Source: Armatimonadota bacterium
Lineage (GTDB): Bacteria; Armatimonadota; UBA5829; DTLH01
Assembly (NCBI GenBank): GCA_039679675.1
Contig: JBDKUN010000062.1
Span: 81,840-145,839 of the forward strand
Direction of reading: 5' to 3'
Length of the DNA stretch: 64,000 bases
Part shown: piece by piece, positions 9,317 to 18,422 of the stretch
Numbering within the stretch: position 1 is the first letter of the stretch
Layout: the number at the start of each line of letters is the position of its first letter
Notes under the pieces: generated by a model
What the model saw: only the letters and a program-made list of their open reading frames with translations
The model's database searches: none
What the model was told of the DNA's origin: nothing
Translations under genes and position numbers: made by a program

Positions 9317-10015
9317 ATGGACGAAAAACGAAAAATGCTTCACGAAGAATATGAGCTGCGGATGTTCTGGACGGATACAGTCATTCTGCTGAGTCTGGAC
9401 TTGGCGCCGTATTTCGTGCAGGAACTGAGGATGGAGTTGTTCTATTCCAAAGAGCTCCAAAAAGAGGCCAGAAACCTGCTGGTCAAACCTCAACGCGATG
9501 TCCGTTACGAAGTGTGGCTGGCTGTGATCTATGATGCAGTCCCCGAAGGTTTCCTGGCATCTGTCTCTCGAACATGCGGCCCTAATGCTGTCGGTCTGCT
9601 CAAGGGTTGGGTGGATGCAGCATTTCTAAATGAACACCAGGAAATGGTTTTGTGGAAATGGAACGATTGTTTTTGTGATGTCGTTCAGAAATGGGAGAAT
9701 GCAGGGCCGGAGGAGAATATTCCTCTTTGCAAACCGGAAGATGCTTTTCTGCGTGTAATGGTAAGAGATCACCTGAGCCACAAACAGCATGTAAGAAGTG
9801 AGATCGGTGCGATAAGTGGCACAATCGATTCTACCTGGGATGCATTTATGGACCAGAAAAACGATCATTTACCGGAATACAGTTACATGCACCTAAATAC
9901 AATGTGCGGCAACTATATATCGAAGCTTTTCTGGCTGGAATTTACAAGGCATCTGAACGAATCGCAGATTGAAGCGCTTCAACGCTACACCGGAATTGCC
10001 ATACCGGCTATTTGA
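9317..10015 (+). CDS. hypothetical protein
   Basis: 232-aa ORF filling the interval, AGGT RBS; no family recognised. Confidence 0.6.
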   Translation: MDEKRKMLHEEYELRMFWTDTVILLSLDLAPYFVQELRMELFYSKELQKEARNLLVKPQRDVRYEVWLAVIYDAVPEGFLASVSRTCGPNAVGLLKGWVDAAFLNEHQEMVLWKWNDCFCDVVQKWENAGPEENIPLCKPEDAFLRVMVRDHLSHKQHVRSEIGAISGTIDSTWDAFMDQKNDHLPEYSYMHLNTMCGNYISKLFWLEFTRHLNESQIEALQRYTGIAIPAI

Positions 10016-10045
10016 TTTTAGAGCAATTCTACCAAATACAAAAAC

Positions 10046-10081
10046 AAACAGCCTCCGGCATTTTTCGACAACCGGAGGCTG
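10046..10081 (-). terminator. intrinsic terminator-like hairpin, copy 1
   Basis: CAGCCTCCGG...CCGGAGGCTG stem with a T-rich tail on the minus strand, just after the 10090 stop codon. Confidence 0.7.
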
Positions 10082-10089
10082 GTCTAATA

Positions 10090-11766
10090 TTATGGAGTGA
10101 CTCGCACCCGATATAGGTCTTTTGGCAGCTTGTCTTCCTGGCTGTTGTCGCGGACTGCGAGGAAAGTCAGCGTGTTGTTTTCATCAAAGGACATGTTCAA
10201 GACAGCCATAAACCTGCCGATTTCCTGCCCGTTAACGACTGCTAGTACCGGGTTTTTCCAATCATCAACGTCTTTTATGCAGGCCATCTGAGTTCCATCC
10301 GCGCTGAAAGTTACATGAGAAGTGCCTGGCAGCTCCCTGCTGTCGACGACTGCTACTCTGTAGGAGGAGCCCGGTTTCTGGGCGGTATACGAGAGCTTGT
10401 TGCTGCCCGTAATAGCTATCGTTTCGTGGTCGATACCGGAATAAATCGGGCCTTCCACACCGTCTTTCACGACGAGCCAGTTGTCGCCTTCCTGCGCGGC
10501 GAATGCATAGTGTTTACCGTCCCGGCTAAGGACGGGAATGGGGTTCGCTATGTAGTCGTAGGCCCTGGAAGGAACGCCATCGACCACCATCCGGTATTTG
10601 TCATCATTTCTGGTGCAGTAGTACAGCTTGCCGTCCGGCCCGTATATCTGGAACGCGGTTGCGGTGTTTCCTCCGATTTCATCGTACGCCTTGCCGGGCT
10701 TGCCGTCCTCAACCAGGCAGTATTTTTCTTCTCCGCATTCGGCGATATACGAAAAATGCTTGCAGTCCGGGCTGAATGCGATGCTGAGGCTGAAAAGATC
10801 TTTGAATTTAGGCCCCGGTTTCCCATCGATCACCACGAACGTTATGGGATCGGAATTAGCATCGTAGTTGGTAGCGACATAAGCCAGCCGCTTGCTGTCG
10901 GGGCTGAATGTGAATATGCCGTCCACTTCATCATACTTCGGACCGGGCTTGCCGTCCAGAAGAACGAACATTTTGCCGCCCTTTTGGACAGCGAGCGCAG
11001 TATGCTTGCCGTCTGGGCTGAACTCTACCCCTGCAATCTTCTCGTATTCCGCAGTTTCCTTGCCGTCGATGACAGCCACTTCCAGATTACAGCCTTTTAC
11101 TACGACAAAAGCAAATCTCCCGCTGGTACCGAATATTCCGGGGCAGTACATTGTATCTATCTCACGAACCGGAGTTCTTGCGGTGAAATACGGATTAGTC
11201 AACTTTATGGGGGGGTAATTTCCGAGTTCCTTGCCGTCCAGGACAGGAATGCAGTTCTTGCCTCTGAAACCTACATAGCATGTATGCTTGCTGTCAGCTG
11301 AGAAATAGGGTTCTCTTACGCCGTCGAATGCGGCGCTTTCTTTGCCGTCAACGACCATCACCCATTTATTGCCTTTTCTGGCTGCGTAGGCCAAACGGCT
11401 TCCATCCGGGCTGAATTCAAAATCCTGGCTCCTGAATGCGCCCTTCACGATGCCGCGCACCTGGTCGTATTCCGGGCCTTCCTTACCATCCAGCCACACA
11501 CAGCATTTTCCGTCCATTTTGAAGGCTACTGTGCCTACATGCCGGTCGTAAGGCGACCTGGTGCATAAAGCGAAGTCAGTCGAAATATCGTGCTCGACTA
11601 ACTCCTGCATATCCTGTCGCAGCCAGCCCTTGTAGGCATCCGGGGTAGTAAGCACGAAGATGGGGATGGTCCCGAGTTTTTCCACCTGGACGTCAGCGGC
11701 GCAGGCCGGAATGATAAAGGCAAAAGCCATGAGGCATAAGGTGAGTTTCAGAAATGTTCTTTGCAA
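10090..11766 (-). CDS. secreted beta-propeller repeat protein (PD40/TolB-like)
   Basis: Signal peptide; repeated FSPDG..LAY and V.DGK.GP.YD units. Confidence 0.8.
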   Translation of the reverse strand: MQRTFLKLTLCLMAFAFIIPACAADVQVEKLGTIPIFVLTTPDAYKGWLRQDMQELVEHDISTDFALCTRSPYDRHVGTVAFKMDGKCCVWLDGKEGPEYDQVRGIVKGAFRSQDFEFSPDGSRLAYAARKGNKWVMVVDGKESAAFDGVREPYFSADSKHTCYVGFRGKNCIPVLDGKELGNYPPIKLTNPYFTARTPVREIDTMYCPGIFGTSGRFAFVVVKGCNLEVAVIDGKETAEYEKIAGVEFSPDGKHTALAVQKGGKMFVLLDGKPGPKYDEVDGIFTFSPDSKRLAYVATNYDANSDPITFVVIDGKPGPKFKDLFSLSIAFSPDCKHFSYIAECGEEKYCLVEDGKPGKAYDEIGGNTATAFQIYGPDGKLYYCTRNDDKYRMVVDGVPSRAYDYIANPIPVLSRDGKHYAFAAQEGDNWLVVKDGVEGPIYSGIDHETIAITGSNKLSYTAQKPGSSYRVAVVDSRELPGTSHVTFSADGTQMACIKDVDDWKNPVLAVVNGQEIGRFMAVLNMSFDENNTLTFLAVRDNSQEDKLPKDLYRVRVTP

Positions 11767-11843
11767 GGTTTGTACTCCGATTTAAGTCTTATAACCTCTT
11801 ATCGGATAAATGCGCCGATTCCTTCACCGGCCAGAAGTATAGA

Positions 11844-11879
11844 AAACAGCCTCCGGTATCTTTCGACAACCGGAGGCTG
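11844..11879 (-). terminator. intrinsic terminator-like hairpin, copy 2
   Basis: 34/36 identical to 10046-10081; follows the GH2 stop codon. Confidence 0.7.
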
Positions 11880-11897
11880 ACTATGGACAGCTAAAAA

Positions 11898-13847
11898 CTA
11901 GCTGTTATTATGCCAGATCGACTTGATGGCGAGCGCGGCGGGTTTCGGGTCGCCGTTGAAATCGATTATCGACGTATTCGCGGCACAGGGAAAGCAATCG
12001 TGCCCCATCCAGAAGATCATTCCTCCGCAGCGCGGGAACCGGATCTTTGCGGACATGAGCGCGATGGTCAGGCACTTGGCCTGCCTTGCCTGGCTCCACT
12101 CCACGTATTCTTCCAGTGTCTCAGGCTTGTGGCCTTTTTCTTTGACGAACTGTTTTTCCTCGATCCACCAGTCTAGGTGCCTTCGCCAGATGGGGTTTGT
12201 GGCTACGGGAGGCATAACGTCATAATCGCCTACGGTGCTTCTGATGATCTCCGCAGAGCTTGCGCCTGGTGAGCCGGTCTCGGAGCGGAGAAGGGAATCG
12301 TCCGAGGTCCAGTAATCCAGCCATTCGGGCTCTATATCGCTTTCGCACTTCCATGGCCCGTGGATGTCCCAGTGTAGGCCTTTTCCGGCATTGGCTGCGT
12401 CAAATCCTGCTCTTGGGCCGCTCGGAGATGTTGGGGTGTATCTCCGTGTCGGGTCGAATTCCTCGACCACTTTTCCCAAACGTGCGATCATCGGGTGGCT
12501 CATATCCGCTGTTACCCATTCTTTGCTGTTCAGAAGCTCATTTCCGCCGCACCAGATGATGAGTGATGGGTGATGCTGTCTCCGTTCCACATAAGACTTG
12601 CCGATTTCGGCCATCTCGCTTATGGATTTCTCATCTTTGGGCGGTATACAGTCCATTGTAGAGGATGAGAGCGGGAACTCCTGCCATACCATCAGGCCGA
12701 GCTCATCACAGATGTCGTAAAACCACTCTTTTTCAAGAGAAGCGCCGCCCCACACGCGGAAAGTATTCGCACCGAGGTCTTTGTAGAGTTCCAGCCGCTT
12801 CCGGTAGTCCGCTTCGGTGAGATCGGCAAAGTTCGGGCGGATGGGAGTCCAGTTCGCGCCCTGCATGAATACCTTCTTGCCGTTTACAACGCAAATCCAT
12901 GGGTCAGAATCAGGACATGAACCTTCGCACTGCTCCCATCTGATCTCTCTGAACCCTACGCGCTTCCCGGTAGAGTCGATTTCCTTGCCGCTTCCGTCCA
13001 GAAGCTGAAGTTTCAGCTCATAGAGCGGCTGTGAGCCTGCCAGGTTCGGCCACCAGAGTTCGACCGGGCTTGTATCGAGTGTAATTCCGGCTTCGTTGAA
13101 GGAAGCTGCAGGAACTGACTTCTCTGCAACTGCTTTTCCGCCCTTTGAAAGCGTTAGTTTTACCGTTGCGCAGGAACAGGCGGTCACTTTACCCAGTGCT
13201 ACGACTTTGCCTTTTGCGGCGGCCGCATCTGTCTCTGTCCAGCAGCGGAATGAGTCGATTTTCTTTCCGTCGGTGACTTCGAGGGAAATAGCATCCCAGA
13301 TGCCGATCTGGACGAGCCGCGCGGTCCAGTCCCAGAAGTAGTTGAAGCGCGGTTTCCACTTGTCCATCTTGGAAGTGCATCCGAACTGGCCCAGCCAGCG
13401 CGGGGAGAGATCGAAGAATATCCGAAGCACGTTCCCGCTCGGTTCAAGCTGCTCTGTCAGGTCAAAGACATGCGGTACATGGGTCCCGCAGAAGTCGGAC
13501 ACGAGTTTGCCGTTCAGGTAGACTTCGCCGCAGTAGTCCAGTCCCCCGCAGTTAAGGATGAATGTTTTACCGGGCTCGACCCATGCGTCGGGAATCTGCG
13601 TCTCATAAATCCAGTGGCGGTTTTCGACCCATTCGCACAGTCGGTAGTTGAGCCCGATGTTCCAGTCCGGGATTACTCCGGCCTCACGAAGGCTATATTG
13701 CACCGATCCCGGCACTTTGGCCGGTATGGCTGCTATTTCGGCTGAGTCCGATTCGCTGATGAGCTGATCGGTATTGGCTCGCCAAAGCTCCGGCACCCAG
13801 CCAGAAAGTTTCCAGTCCAGTTGAGATAAATCGTAAGTTTTCTTCAT
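11898..13847 (-). CDS. glycoside hydrolase family 2, beta-mannosidase-like
   Basis: WDW, GIWD, GANWTP, FRVWGG, GLMVWQEF, HPSLIIWCGGNE (acid/base), RSETG (nucleophile). Confidence 0.88.
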   Translation of the reverse strand: MKKTYDLSQLDWKLSGWVPELWRANTDQLISESDSAEIAAIPAKVPGSVQYSLREAGVIPDWNIGLNYRLCEWVENRHWIYETQIPDAWVEPGKTFILNCGGLDYCGEVYLNGKLVSDFCGTHVPHVFDLTEQLEPSGNVLRIFFDLSPRWLGQFGCTSKMDKWKPRFNYFWDWTARLVQIGIWDAISLEVTDGKKIDSFRCWTETDAAAAKGKVVALGKVTACSCATVKLTLSKGGKAVAEKSVPAASFNEAGITLDTSPVELWWPNLAGSQPLYELKLQLLDGSGKEIDSTGKRVGFREIRWEQCEGSCPDSDPWICVVNGKKVFMQGANWTPIRPNFADLTEADYRKRLELYKDLGANTFRVWGGASLEKEWFYDICDELGLMVWQEFPLSSSTMDCIPPKDEKSISEMAEIGKSYVERRQHHPSLIIWCGGNELLNSKEWVTADMSHPMIARLGKVVEEFDPTRRYTPTSPSGPRAGFDAANAGKGLHWDIHGPWKCESDIEPEWLDYWTSDDSLLRSETGSPGASSAEIIRSTVGDYDVMPPVATNPIWRRHLDWWIEEKQFVKEKGHKPETLEEYVEWSQARQAKCLTIALMSAKIRFPRCGGMIFWMGHDCFPCAANTSIIDFNGDPKPAALAIKSIWHNNS

Positions 13848-13979
13848 TAAACTTCCTCTGTTACTACTGATAGCTTCATATTAGGCGATTTATGGCTGAG
13901 TGGCAAGAGTTTTGCTTGCTTCTAGCTTGTTTCCTGCGTTACCATACAACTGAAGAGTTCGTTTTATACCGGAGGAGCA

Positions 13980-14717
13980 ATGCAGTCATTAAAAGATAAA
14001 GTTACCATAGTCACCGGAGGGGGCAGGGGAATAGGCCGCGCAACGGCTGTTCTTCTGGCGAAAGAGGGCGCAAAGGTCGTCGTTACAGCGCGCACCATGA
14101 GTGAGATAGATAAAGTTGCGAAGGAAATCAAGGGTTTCGGCGGCTCTGCTTTAGCCATACAGGCTGATGTTACTGTAGAAGATGACATCAAGCGGCTCGT
14201 AAAAGAGACCGAAGCGGCCTTCGGCCCAGTAGATATTCTAGTAAATAATGCCGGGATGCTAGCGCTTTCGACCGTAGCCGAGACCTCAACGGAAATGTGG
14301 GACAAGATCATTTCAGTCAATCTGAGAGCGGTCTTTCTTGCCTGCCGTGAGGTGCTGCCGGGGATGATAGCGCGGAAATCCGGCAGGATTATCAATATCG
14401 GTTCTATGGCTGGAAGGCGCGGATATGCGGAGCAGGGAGCTTACTGTGCATCAAAGCACGGGCTTATCGGACTCTCCAAAGTTATGGCGCTTGAGACGCA
14501 GAAATACGGGATCAGAGTCAATGTGGTTGCTCCCGGAGGAGTGCTGACCGACCTCTCAAATAACCTGCGGGCGTCACGTGGAGCTGCCGCAAAAGACAAG
14601 GATTGGATGTCCTCTGAAGAAGTTGCTATGGGTGTGCTTTATCTCTGCACCCAGACCGGGCCTGCTATGACTGATGAATTGGTCCTCAGACGGTATGAAA
14701 GCGATCCGTGGCGTTAG
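13980..14717 (+). CDS. short-chain dehydrogenase/reductase
   Basis: TGGGRGIG, NNAG, YCASK. Confidence 0.92.
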   Translation: MQSLKDKVTIVTGGGRGIGRATAVLLAKEGAKVVVTARTMSEIDKVAKEIKGFGGSALAIQADVTVEDDIKRLVKETEAAFGPVDILVNNAGMLALSTVAETSTEMWDKIISVNLRAVFLACREVLPGMIARKSGRIINIGSMAGRRGYAEQGAYCASKHGLIGLSKVMALETQKYGIRVNVVAPGGVLTDLSNNLRASRGAAAKDKDWMSSEEVAMGVLYLCTQTGPAMTDELVLRRYESDPWR

Positions 14718-14743
14718 GATGCTCTTGCTGGAAGAGGTTCTGG

Positions 14744-16933
14744 ATGAGAAAGATGATCTTGGTTGTGTTTCTGTTTCTTCTTCTGGTGACTCAGACAGTC
14801 GCCGGAAGGCTTTCAGGCAAAGTCGCCGTATATAACGGCCGTCCGACTATATTTGTAAACGATCAGCCGGTATACCCGATGCTCTATGCGCTGACCGAGG
14901 GCGGAAGGTTTACCTGGGAGGATGCTCCGAGCAGGCACACCTGGCAGTTCAGAGAGGCCGGGATAAACCTCGTTCAGATCGATACCTGGTTCAGGGACAT
15001 CTGGCGCGTGGATAACACGCTCGATATGGATTTCGTCAAAAAGCAGATCGATGCAACCCTTGCCGTGTGCCCAGATGCCGCGATTATGATAAGGCTGCAC
15101 GTTGACGCGCCAGGTTGGTGGATTGATGAGAACCCAAAAGAGTTGGTGGAATACTGCACCGGGACTTACGACAGCAATGACGATGCGCAGCGGGCCAAAC
15201 GGCAGAGCCTTGCGAGCTTCAAATGGCGGAAAGATGCAACCGAGCGAGTAAAAGAGTTCTGCGACACCTTAAGCAGCTCACCGGAAGGCGACCGGGTAAT
15301 CGGAATCCATCTTGCAGGTGGCGTATACGGGGAATGGCACTACTGGGGGTTCTTCAACGAGCCCGATACCGGCGCCGTAATGACTTCTTGCTTCCGAGAT
15401 AAGCTCCGCGAAAAATACAAGACAGATCAGGCGCTCCAGGCTGCATGGAATGATGCGAAAGTGACTTTTGAGACTGCTTCTGTCCCGAACCTTGAGGAGA
15501 GGGCCAAGACCGAACACGGCGCCTTCCGCGATCCTCAAAAAGAGCAGAAGGTCATCGATTATTATGAGTGTCAGCAAAAGATTGTTGCGGACGATGTCCT
15601 CTACTTCTGCAAAACTGTAAAAGAGTTCTGGCCGAGGCCGATCATCACCGGAGCCTTCTACGGCTATTTCTTCTATATGAATGAAATGGCAGCTGGCGGG
15701 CATCTGGAGATGAAACAGGTCCTCAACTCGCCGTACATAGACTTTTTAAGTGCGCCTTTCGGCTATCTCGATTTTCAGCGGGTTGTCGGCGGGAGCGGCG
15801 AGTTCAGGCACCTTGCGGAGTCGATCAAACTGCACAACAAGCTCGCAATGCTCGAGTTCGACCAGGGGACGCACCTCGGTGACGTGTTCGGAAGAAAACC
15901 TCCGGTCAATCCGGGGACCATTGAAGACTCCATGGCCGCTTTCAGAAGAAATGTCGGCCAAGTGTTCACTCGCGGGATCGGCATGTGGTGGTATGATTTC
16001 GGGCCGAAGGGCGATTCTGGTTGGTGGGATGATTCTGTTTATATGTCGGACATTGCCAGGCTGAAAAAGCTTGCCGATAAGCTGGAAACTAAGCAGTATA
16101 AGCCTGCAGCCGATGTTTTGTTCGTCTATGATACTTATGTCTTCTACTACCTCGGCCTTCCCAACCAGAAGACCGACACTATAAGCCTCGGAATCAATGA
16201 GATGTCGGATGATGTGCACCACGCAGGTATCGCGTTCGATACGATTGATCTTATGGACTTGGATAAGGTAAATCTCTCGCAGTACAAAGTCGTTGTCTTC
16301 GCCAACACGTGGCTTCTGGACGAGGCGAAGAGAAACTTTATCAAGAACAAGGTCGAAAAAGACGGACGGACCGTCGTTTTCCTTTATGCACCGGGATATA
16401 CCGACGGCAAAACGCTCGATATTAGCCGGATAAGCGCGCTTACCGGCATAAAAATCAAAGAAATCGAGCTTTCCGGCGCTCCGAAGATCGTCGTAGACGA
16501 TAAATCGAAGTGGCTGCCCAAATGTGGGCTTTATTCGAGTATTTCAACGCAGTTTGGCCTAAAGGAACATCTATATCCGCTTTTCTCAATTGAAGATAAG
16601 GGCGCGCAGGCTGTCGGGTATTACAAAGGGACGGATTATGTGGCGCTTGCTCGGAAGAAGCTGCCTCACTGCACTGTTTGGTATTCGGGGCTCCTTCTCA
16701 GAGACCCGGATTTGATGCGTGAGATATTCCGAAGCGGCGGCGCTCACATCTATGACGAATGTAACGATGTAATATTCGCGGGCGGCGGACTTTTGGTCGT
16801 TCACACAAAGAATGGGGGGAAGCGAAAGCTGATGCTCCCGAACAGAAAGAGTTTTGAAACCAAACTGCAGTCGCCTTCGACAACGTATTTCGACATTAAT
16901 ACCGGAGAGATTGTTCTCGGGTATGTGCGGTAA
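14744..16933 (+). CDS. secreted glycoside hydrolase, GH42/beta-galactosidase-like clan A protein
   Basis: Signal peptide MRKMILVV...; GVYGEWHYW, F...L..KY...AL..AW, DFLSAP, MLEFD; trimerisation-like C-terminal region. Confidence 0.65.
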   Translation: MRKMILVVFLFLLLVTQTVAGRLSGKVAVYNGRPTIFVNDQPVYPMLYALTEGGRFTWEDAPSRHTWQFREAGINLVQIDTWFRDIWRVDNTLDMDFVKKQIDATLAVCPDAAIMIRLHVDAPGWWIDENPKELVEYCTGTYDSNDDAQRAKRQSLASFKWRKDATERVKEFCDTLSSSPEGDRVIGIHLAGGVYGEWHYWGFFNEPDTGAVMTSCFRDKLREKYKTDQALQAAWNDAKVTFETASVPNLEERAKTEHGAFRDPQKEQKVIDYYECQQKIVADDVLYFCKTVKEFWPRPIITGAFYGYFFYMNEMAAGGHLEMKQVLNSPYIDFLSAPFGYLDFQRVVGGSGEFRHLAESIKLHNKLAMLEFDQGTHLGDVFGRKPPVNPGTIEDSMAAFRRNVGQVFTRGIGMWWYDFGPKGDSGWWDDSVYMSDIARLKKLADKLETKQYKPAADVLFVYDTYVFYYLGLPNQKTDTISLGINEMSDDVHHAGIAFDTIDLMDLDKVNLSQYKVVVFANTWLLDEAKRNFIKNKVEKDGRTVVFLYAPGYTDGKTLDISRISALTGIKIKEIELSGAPKIVVDDKSKWLPKCGLYSSISTQFGLKEHLYPLFSIEDKGAQAVGYYKGTDYVALARKKLPHCTVWYSGLLLRDPDLMREIFRSGGAHIYDECNDVIFAGGGLLVVHTKNGGKRKLMLPNRKSFETKLQSPSTTYFDINTGEIVLGYVR

Positions 16934-16949
16934 GGGAAACCGGCTATTG

Positions 16950-17188
16950 ACGAAAATCTTTGCTGGGAGTTTTAGGTGGTTTTACCTCGTTATTAGAGGT
17001 CCCGCCTGGGGAGTAGGGGCGGCGCTGCCTCTCAGCCATGGGGCCTACTCGGCAAGAGGACCGTCCGGACTCCCTACTCCCCAGGCGGGATTGTCACTAC
17101 ATCTTGATTATTAGCTCGATAAACAACCGGATAATGAAAATGCTGCTTAACATATACGTTATCGACGGTTAGAAGGTGATTATTACTA
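16950..17188 (-). ncRNA. candidate small RNA or microprotein transcript
   Basis: Inferred from the promoter at 17195-17222 and the downstream structure; no family recognised; ends are approximate. Confidence 0.4.
17000..17090. repeat. long GC-rich stem-loop with 19-bp perfect arms
   Basis: TCCCGCCTGGGGAGTAGGG (17000-17018) and CCCTACTCCCCAGGCGGGA (17072-17090), with inner CCTCT/AGAGG pairing. Confidence 0.9.
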
Positions 17189-17194
17189 GACCGT

Positions 17195-17222
17195 ATTATA
17201 CCATAACGCACGTGAATGTCAA
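17195..17222 (-). promoter_or_regulatory. consensus sigma70 promoter with no annotated gene downstream
   Basis: TTGACA-16 nt-TATAAT with TG extension and an AT-rich tract upstream (17223-17250). Confidence 0.75.
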
Positions 17223-17273
17223 TAAATATTAATTATAATAAAAATAAAATGAAGATTAGTGTCGCTGCTGGCG

Positions 17274-18422
17274 CTAGAAGTATATTACTTCAGTATCCTT
17301 GCCCATGAGCTGGAGCAGGTGCACGAGGCGTTCCACCACGGTCCTTCTGAGGAATATTGAGTCAGGTAATCCTGTGTTTTGATGGGCAGGGTTGCGGGCA
17401 GTGCCGACTATGAACTTTATACCATCGGCCGCAAGCAGTTGATCGAGGAGCGCCGTGGCTGCATCTTCTCGTCCATCCGGCTTCCCGGACTTCAGATATT
17501 CCGCCGCTCGGCTCAGGGTTAGCATTCCTTCCGTTACGAGGTCAATCCCGGCGATCTTTCCGGTCGGTGGGAGGTCAGTCTCAAGAAACCTGTCATCGAG
17601 CCGCAGTTCCTGGTTCAGATAATCGGCTACCAGGTGGGATGTAGTGCCCCCGCAGATGATCTTCGCACCGCTGCTTGTCAAAAACTCACGTATCATCTTC
17701 TGGACCTGTCCGCGCTCGCTTGGCGGGCCGGTGAGCACTGTGGCAAGCCTGGCTTTTCTGTACTTCGCGCAGACGACGGTTCCATCGTCACCAGGCCGTC
17801 CGGCCCAGAAGTTGAGGGCGCGTTCTGCCACCTGTCCTGCCAGTTTGAACGGGTCGCTGCCGACCTCCGGTGCAATATCAGAGACATATTCGAGTATGCC
17901 TTCTTCTTGCCACCCCATTCTGAGCCCTTCGCCTACTCCTGCATAGACTATTCCATCGGAGTAAAGCATAAGAATATCGCCGGGGAACATCTTGAAGTAT
18001 GATTCGCGGATCGTTTTATCGCATATAGTTCGCTCGGTGCTGGTTATCGGCCTTGGAGGGCTCCCCCGCCTGAGATAGATTGTTGTCGGTGAATCGTACT
18101 CGGCAACCGTGACATGCCCGGTATCGTAAATCCGCACAATACTGAAGGTGGAGTAGGCAATATTCCTCCACTTGCAGACCGGGAGAGTCGCAATAAGTGT
18201 TTCGATGATCTCGTGGAGCGAAAGGTCTCCCTGGAAGAGCCCTGATGCAAGCTCGACTGTAAGAGTCGCGAGCACATTGGCTTTTACTCCGCTTCCGAGC
18301 CCGTCTGACATCACTATGACGGTCGAATCCGGGGTATGCGTTACCTTTATGGCATCACCGCATATGTCCTCGCCTTTCTTTGAGAACTGGCGAGTAGCTA
18401 TATCTACTGCAAAACTTTTCAA
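17274..18422 (-). CDS. SpoIIE/PP2C-type Ser/Thr phosphatase (HfsC-like)
   Basis: ICGD, SDGLGSGVKAN, LPVC..R.IAYSTF, SDGI, PGDDGT, CGGTT; follows the PAS hydrogenase. Confidence 0.9.
   Translation of the reverse strand: MKSFAVDIATRQFSKKGEDICGDAIKVTHTPDSTVIVMSDGLGSGVKANVLATLTVELASGLFQGDLSLHEIIETLIATLPVCKWRNIAYSTFSIVRIYDTGHVTVAEYDSPTTIYLRRGSPPRPITSTERTICDKTIRESYFKMFPGDILMLYSDGIVYAGVGEGLRMGWQEEGILEYVSDIAPEVGSDPFKLAGQVAERALNFWAGRPGDDGTVVCAKYRKARLATVLTGPPSERGQVQKMIREFLTSSGAKIICGGTTSHLVADYLNQELRLDDRFLETDLPPTGKIAGIDLVTEGMLTLSRAAEYLKSGKPDGREDAATALLDQLLAADGIKFIVGTARNPAHQNTGLPDSIFLRRTVVERLVHLLQLMGKDTEVIYF

Noticed and set aside
7639..10015. Integron cassette array
   Set aside because: Spacers lack RYYYAAC/GTTRRRY attC boxes and there is no integrase in the window.
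17000..17090. SRP RNA, tRNA or a simple terminator
   Set aside because: No SRP domain IV CAGG/GGAA/AGCA motif, no cloverleaf or TTC loop, and no U tract on either side.
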